A stretch of DNA of 20,000 bases from the IMG/VR virus record IMGVR_UViG_3300033067_002319; one strand, written 5' to 3'. Made by a program: the position numbers and the translations under genes. Origin of the DNA: an uncultured virus (IMG/VR IMGVR_UViG_3300033067_002319). Lineage: Duplodnaviria > Heunggongvirae > Uroviricota > Caudoviricetes. Shown here piece after piece: positions 16,601 through 20,000 of the stretch. The notes under the pieces are model-generated. The model did not search any database. It had not been told where the DNA came from and saw only the letters and a list, made by a program, of their open reading frames with translations. The first letter of the stretch is position 1. The number at the start of each line of letters is the position of its first letter.

Positions 16601-17161
16601 TTCCTGCTTGTGCTCGCGCTGATGAAAGAGCCACTCCAATGTTGGTGTGGCGACTTCCATTGTGATGGGATCAAACTCCTTCGCCTTTTCTGGATCGGCA
16701 GGCGGAGAGATCAAGTGCAACAAGTACGTGTTGCACGCGTAGTACATCGCCTCCACCGCTTTCTGGTGGAGGTCGTACGCCTCGATGTCGCCCTCGAACT
16801 TTTCCGGCGCGACACGGATGCCCGTGTGCGTTTGAATCTGGATGAGCGCATCACGGAACGAGAGACCACGCGCGTCGCTGAGAAGCTGGAGAAGGTTGCG
16901 GGTGAAGTACCCACATGCCTTGCACTTGATCGTGCCCTTCGCGACGTTGATGTACATCGACGGCCTGGTGTCGATGTGTCCGGTGACCGCAGTCGCCAAA
17001 CACGTGAGCGACACGACCTGCGCATTGATCGCGGTCAGCTTGCGATCGGGGAACAAGGCCGAGAACAGCTGTCGAAGGGGGTTCACCCCCAACTTAGACA
17101 AGATTGCGTTACCGTCGCTGTAACGCCACTTCTTTTGAGTTTCAGTCGACTTTCGCGCCAT
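13646..17161 (-). CDS. Primase-helicase fusion (1171 aa): CHC2-type Zn finger, TOPRIM domain, C-terminal P-loop NTPase (SF3/AAA+-like)
   Basis: C...H-x-D-x2-PS...CKACG Zn finger; TOPRIM LLVEGEND and GDPD; Walker A GQPSSGKST, Walker B MCLEEF, sensor TASIN, Arg finger DASRR. Confidence 0.8.
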   Translation of the reverse strand: MARKSTETQKKWRYSDGNAILSKLGVNPLRQLFSALFPDRKLTAINAQVVSLTCLATAVTGHIDTRPSMYINVAKGTIKCKACGYFTRNLLQLLSDARGLSFRDALIQIQTHTGIRVAPEKFEGDIEAYDLHQKAVEAMYYACNTYLLHLISPPADPEKAKEFDPITMEVATPTLEWLFHQREHKQEYVRALPYGVWPPQHMLFAYASEYLENQATDDYKRYQTTALNAEKREKILARVKEVAAAAASEWTYAVAYFNGHGMRTPGRIRLRKPALDNEKDGHYLLMPGSVDDEPIGYFGLWAPYLGGLSKNEAKDINWLLVEGENDMLSTLEGLLSGGHSSWAVIASNGAFNDLDALSRDAGIDEIYMMSDHPSLANGERWARERLKTAREIGVKVFRGWNEFKEVPGTPGDPDALVVMGGFPLFKKVVFDEKAKWFAPVDVWAADRAIEDALHYTTDEVRERTTVAVAFGECVRVDSQREQYITRICAALGLTPSVVRNEIIQAADDEAGFIVRLTEGLLRDFHVTYREETARGQILHLFHRASRRPVRAFVDNGEALIAMIANVAGDVYRYFAEQISIPGWILPQQGAGLVMPVKELQRTLGSYLKIAFQSIFCAVPLKDECRTLGQGIHVVEDVDAPNGVVFYIVNGPNVLKAKYAKPEGDELTAIRLDGPSDGRLIFDIQPQAVSPDLATPADVEAGNLITVADLRNTFLQLAEAIKTYWEFQHTAVDSLMLAGMLAGLSAPHLSDSRIHLELVGQPSSGKSTLLSLFCGGQYPELQVCGWAVGMADYTPASLYQRFGYTTLAMCLEEFTRDPLQPQTHKSRQVEDINQLLRQVIFPGGATVTRGSLDGKTVTRVIKTNIVTASINPAFDAQDASRRYTVETVKRTGKADPAAGLKKQFGLEGLAALRRTMTLGLLKYYKRVRDRSGPIEHELSTGALDIGFNVDSRFLRNFFGVAPLMDLLGEDWRAFVIAATKTRQDHLAATERSTLTNQLFDTIMRVNAVRVGANGATSSISSLLASSEGRWRQLNQAQCGVYYHEQHKLLAVDWASLNANNGLLTRTEPYCHANPTQMKYQMDQHSRVIRKAEMAPLMAEMTNWLQSLAVHVIGNELTFLRVSDMINQLRLHYKEPPKPEGNRTDSEETPRTRAVNDDGPPGLSRPRRSNGTL

Positions 17162-17205
17162 GGGGGCCCTTCATTCCGCCGTGGTTAGATGTTGGCCAAG
17201 TTCAA

Positions 17206-18066
17206 CTAAATGTTGTTCGTGACCTTGAGCTTGCGTTTGTTGGACTGAGCTTCCTTGTACGCTTGCCCTGCACTACACGAGTTCAGGTACCCGCACCATC
17301 CACACGCCCAGCTCGGCTCCGGGGCAGGCCCCCCAGTGGCGATCTGTGCGAGCTTCCGAGACGTCCCTTGGAGCAGCTGTTGGATCCACGGTCCGCAGAT
17401 CGTAGCGATGTCCCTACGCGTCCAGGCACCCGGAGCACCGTTGGGGGAAGGGAACCAATCCACCTTGGGTTCGCCGATGTAGTGAATGCCCGAGAGCACG
17501 CCTTTGGCCCAAGGCCACGCGATGATCGCCATGAGCATGTAAGTGTAGAACTGCCCCGTGTGTTTGTGGATCGGCTGCTTCTTGCCGGACTTGTGGTCGA
17601 GGATCGTGACGTAGTCGTCTCGCGTCCTCATTCCAAGATCGAGCACGCCGCGCATGAGCCCGTCGTTGTCGAAAAACTCAACAGGCTTCAGGTCGACGTT
17701 GAATGCGAGCTTGTGCTCGATGAACTCTTCGGTGACACCCTCGTCGCGCTTGTACTGCTCGATGCGCGTGAGAAAGTCCTTGATCCCTGCCAGTTTGGCG
17801 GAGCAGTCGACTTGCTCCTCGCGCGTCAATTCACTCTTGACGCCGAGCTCGCGATAAACCTGCTCAAGATCGATCCCCGGCGTCAGAAGTCCAGCTTCCA
17901 ACACCGAGTGGGCGACAATGCCCACACGAGACGATTGCGCTTTGAGGGTTTCGGGTTCTTTGTTGATGTACTTGCGAGAGAACAAACTCCCGCAAGACAA
18001 CGCGCCGATCTTTGAGTAGGACCACGGCCTCCGGCTCATGACCCTCTCATCCAATTGCATCGCCAT
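17206..18066 (-). CDS. PD-(D/E)XK nuclease, Cas4/RecB/AddB-like, with probable 4Fe-4S cluster
   Basis: WSYSKI...C, GIVAHSVLE, RGVLD, ILDHKSGK, QFYTY and C-terminal CGWCGYLNSC. GGAG SD upstream of ATG 18066. Confidence 0.85.
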   Translation of the reverse strand: MAMQLDERVMSRRPWSYSKIGALSCGSLFSRKYINKEPETLKAQSSRVGIVAHSVLEAGLLTPGIDLEQVYRELGVKSELTREEQVDCSAKLAGIKDFLTRIEQYKRDEGVTEEFIEHKLAFNVDLKPVEFFDNDGLMRGVLDLGMRTRDDYVTILDHKSGKKQPIHKHTGQFYTYMLMAIIAWPWAKGVLSGIHYIGEPKVDWFPSPNGAPGAWTRRDIATICGPWIQQLLQGTSRKLAQIATGGPAPEPSWACGWCGYLNSCSAGQAYKEAQSNKRKLKVTNNI

Positions 18067-18102
18067 GTGAAACTCCGGTCGAAAGAAATGGGGGTGGGAG
18101 AC

Positions 18103-18144
18103 CCACGAGGCCGCGTACCCCGTAAAGGGCACGCGGCCTCGTGG
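18103..18144 (-). promoter_or_regulatory. Long intergenic stem-loop without adjacent U-tract
   Basis: CCACGAGGCCGCGT (18103-18116) pairs perfectly with ACGCGGCCTCGTGG (18131-18144). On the minus-strand RNA the stem extends by G-U pairs to about 19 bp. Confidence 0.7.
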
Positions 18145-18157
18145 TCGACCAGGGGAG

Positions 18158-19330
18158 TTACAGGTTACGCGGAGGCGCCTTCACGGGCGCCGCAGGCGCG
18201 GCTGCCGCACCGGGAACTTCCACGCCTGCGATCAGCGCGTCGAGGTCGCCGGCGGTGCCGACCGACCCTTGATCCACGGGCTTGGTGTTGTAGATCGCCG
18301 CGAGGCCGGGGAAGTAGATCTCGAAGTCGATCTGGCCCGCGAAGAGGTTGAGCAACACATCGGCTTCGGGAGTGTTCGGCGTGCTGTTGCTGGAGATGTC
18401 AGCCGCCACCTGGAAGAATGTGCCCTTGGCGTTGGTCGTCTCCTTGGCTTCGAGGGTGAAGCGCTTTGTCCAAGGCGTTGGCCACGGCTTGGACTTCTTG
18501 TCCATCGCCGCCGAGCCCGGTCCGATCGAGGTGCCCGAGAACACGAAGCGGTAGATGCCGGAGAAGTCCACGGGCACCACGTATACGTGGTGTTCGAAGC
18601 GGCAGTAGTCCGGCTGCGTACCATCGGGGAGCTCGCCGCCCTCCTTGAAGGGGCGCCAGTTGCACACGGAGCAGTCGCCGAACTTGTCGCCGCGCTTGCG
18701 ATCGAGCGAGCGGCAGATCGGCACGTCGGGACGAATCTCGACGTTCGGCGGATTCGGAGCCTTGCGCGGCGGCCAGAAGGTCGCGGCGGCGATCAGCGAC
18801 ACGACGTACACGTCGACTGTGTCGCTGAGGGTCTTGTAGCGCGGGTCGTTCTGAAGCATCTTGAGCGCCGACTTGGGCGCCGCGAGGATGCGACCGTCCG
18901 TCGTGTAGATACCCCCCTTGGGGGTCTCGCCGGGACGAAGCGGATCCTTGCCGGTGCCTTGGTACGTACGCATCTCCGGAAGGGAGAACGCCCGCTGTGC
19001 GGTGTGCACGCCGCGCTTGATCGGCGTCATGCCCGCGAGAGCCTTGATCATGTTCTCGCGCTCGGCGGGAGGCAGGTTCTCGACGGCGGAGGCGATCTCC
19101 TTTTTGGTGGGCGGCGAGAACTGCTGGATGTACGTCGCGAGGTGCGGGAGCACCTCGGAGTACTTCTTCACGAGCGCGTTGACGGGGACGATGTCACTCG
19201 CGAGGGCGGTGGTGATCCCAACTTCCTCAACGGGCTCGATGTTCTCGATCACTTCGATGGTCTCTTCCTGCTTCGTTGCGACTGCGGGCGTGGGAGGCGG
19301 CGTGTTCTTGTTGTTCTTGTTGTTCGACAT
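18158..19330 (-). CDS. Putative Zn-binding ssDNA-binding/recombination protein (390 aa)
   Basis: Cys pattern PICRSLD...GDCSVC...YCR, aromatic beta-rich core, low-complexity termini. First gene of the replication operon, next to a nuclease. Function is inferred from pattern and context. Confidence 0.5.
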   Translation of the reverse strand: MSNNKNNKNTPPPTPAVATKQEETIEVIENIEPVEEVGITTALASDIVPVNALVKKYSEVLPHLATYIQQFSPPTKKEIASAVENLPPAERENMIKALAGMTPIKRGVHTAQRAFSLPEMRTYQGTGKDPLRPGETPKGGIYTTDGRILAAPKSALKMLQNDPRYKTLSDTVDVYVVSLIAAATFWPPRKAPNPPNVEIRPDVPICRSLDRKRGDKFGDCSVCNWRPFKEGGELPDGTQPDYCRFEHHVYVVPVDFSGIYRFVFSGTSIGPGSAAMDKKSKPWPTPWTKRFTLEAKETTNAKGTFFQVAADISSNSTPNTPEADVLLNLFAGQIDFEIYFPGLAAIYNTKPVDQGSVGTAGDLDALIAGVEVPGAAAAPAAPVKAPPRNL

Positions 19331-19443
19331 TCTTTTGATGTTCCTAGTGTTCAGGGTGCTCTTGATTAACTGGGTCAGGTTTTCCTGCCTCAGCGACTCG
19401 GTTGGGTGTACACCTCGTTTCCGATCCAGTAAAGGTTGGCTCC
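19331..19443. promoter_or_regulatory. Divergent promoter region between the replication operon and the sigma factor
   Basis: The only sizeable divergent intergenic gap in the window, and more AT-rich than the flanks. Contains the palindrome GGTGTACACC (19405-19414). Confidence 0.5.
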
Positions 19444-20000
19444 ATGACGACCCCGGATCCCGTCGAATCGTTGTTGGACAAGCACTTCCGCGAAGTGGGG
19501 ATGTACAGTCAGCCTACGGCGGAAGAAGAACATCAGACCTTTACGGCGTACGCCGCTGCGCGCGCGAAAGCCGATATGGCGCTGTTCGCTCCCGAGCGGG
19601 AACGCTACGAGGCTGAGGCCACCACATTGGCGAAGCACATCGCTACCTGGTACCTCCGCTTCGTGATCCGGGAGGCAAAGCGTAAGCGCCGGCGCGATGA
19701 CCCTCGATTTCCGGACCTGATCACCGAGGGCTACAAGGGCCTCATGCGGGCCGTCGAGAAGTTTGACCCCGCACGGAAGGTGGACGTCAAGGGAAAGGAC
19801 GGTCGTAAGAAAGGCGAGAAGCCGATCCGGTTCCTGTCGTACGCGACGAACTGGATCAACGTGTTCCAGAACGACTTCTTGCGGAAGGGTGATGTGCACG
19901 TCCCGAATCACTCCCGGAAAACAGCTGGAACCGAAGCAAAGGCTCCGCCTCCAACCATCTCAGTTTGTACCCTCGATAACGTAATCTTGGCAGATGATTC
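19444..20000 (+). CDS. Phage-encoded sigma70-family RNA polymerase sigma factor (partial, runs off the right edge)
   Basis: Manual translation from ATG 19444 gives region 1.2 LDKHFREVGMYSQPTAEEE, region 2.1 YLRFVIREAK, region 2.2 DLITEGYKGLMRAVEKFDP and region 2.3 RFLSYATNWI. No stop before the window end. Confidence 0.88.
   Translation, partial: MTTPDPVESLLDKHFREVGMYSQPTAEEEHQTFTAYAAARAKADMALFAPERERYEAEATTLAKHIATWYLRFVIREAKRKRRRDDPRFPDLITEGYKGLMRAVEKFDPARKVDVKGKDGRKKGEKPIRFLSYATNWINVFQNDFLRKGDVHVPNHSRKTAGTEAKAPPPTISVCTLDNVILADD

Noticed and set aside
270..17161. Inteins or introns in nrdJ, terL, polymerase or helicase
   Set aside because: Conserved motifs are contiguous. No C/S...HN splice junctions, LAGLIDADG motifs or frame breaks were noticed.
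17206..18066. Cas4 as part of a CRISPR-Cas system
   Set aside because: No repeats/spacers and no cas1/cas2 in the window. Solo Cas4-like nucleases are common in phage replication modules.
19303..19326. Short TTGTTGTTC repeat
   Set aside because: It simply encodes the low-complexity N-terminus MSNNKNNKN.
19390..19911. 173-aa minus-strand ORF
   Set aside because: Antisense shadow of the sigma factor, which has clear conserved motifs on the plus strand.

Overview
This GC-rich (roughly 60%+ by eye), almost gap-free window looks like part of a large tailed dsDNA bacteriophage genome. A minus-strand replication/recombination/nucleotide module reads from ~19330 down to 270. It encodes a putative Zn-binding ssDNA-binding protein, a Cas4/RecB-like PD-(D/E)XK nuclease, a primase-helicase fusion, a family A DNA polymerase with an N-terminal UDG-like domain, a small ORF, a DEDDh exonuclease, a RuvC-like resolvase and a B12-dependent class II ribonucleotide reductase, and it ends in an intrinsic terminator. 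A 5.7-kb plus-strand block (3665-9372) interrupts this module. The block holds three paralogous unknown proteins, a protein rich in K-x-A motifs, an unknown helical protein and a lambda-gpA-type large terminase. It joins its neighbours with no intergenic DNA: a shared CATG start at the left end and overlapping stop codons at the right end. A divergent, atypical sigma70-family factor starts at 19444 and runs off the window; it is absent from the ORF track. No rRNA, tRNA, CRISPR array, intein or IS element was seen. All product calls come from motif recognition by eye, not from database searches.
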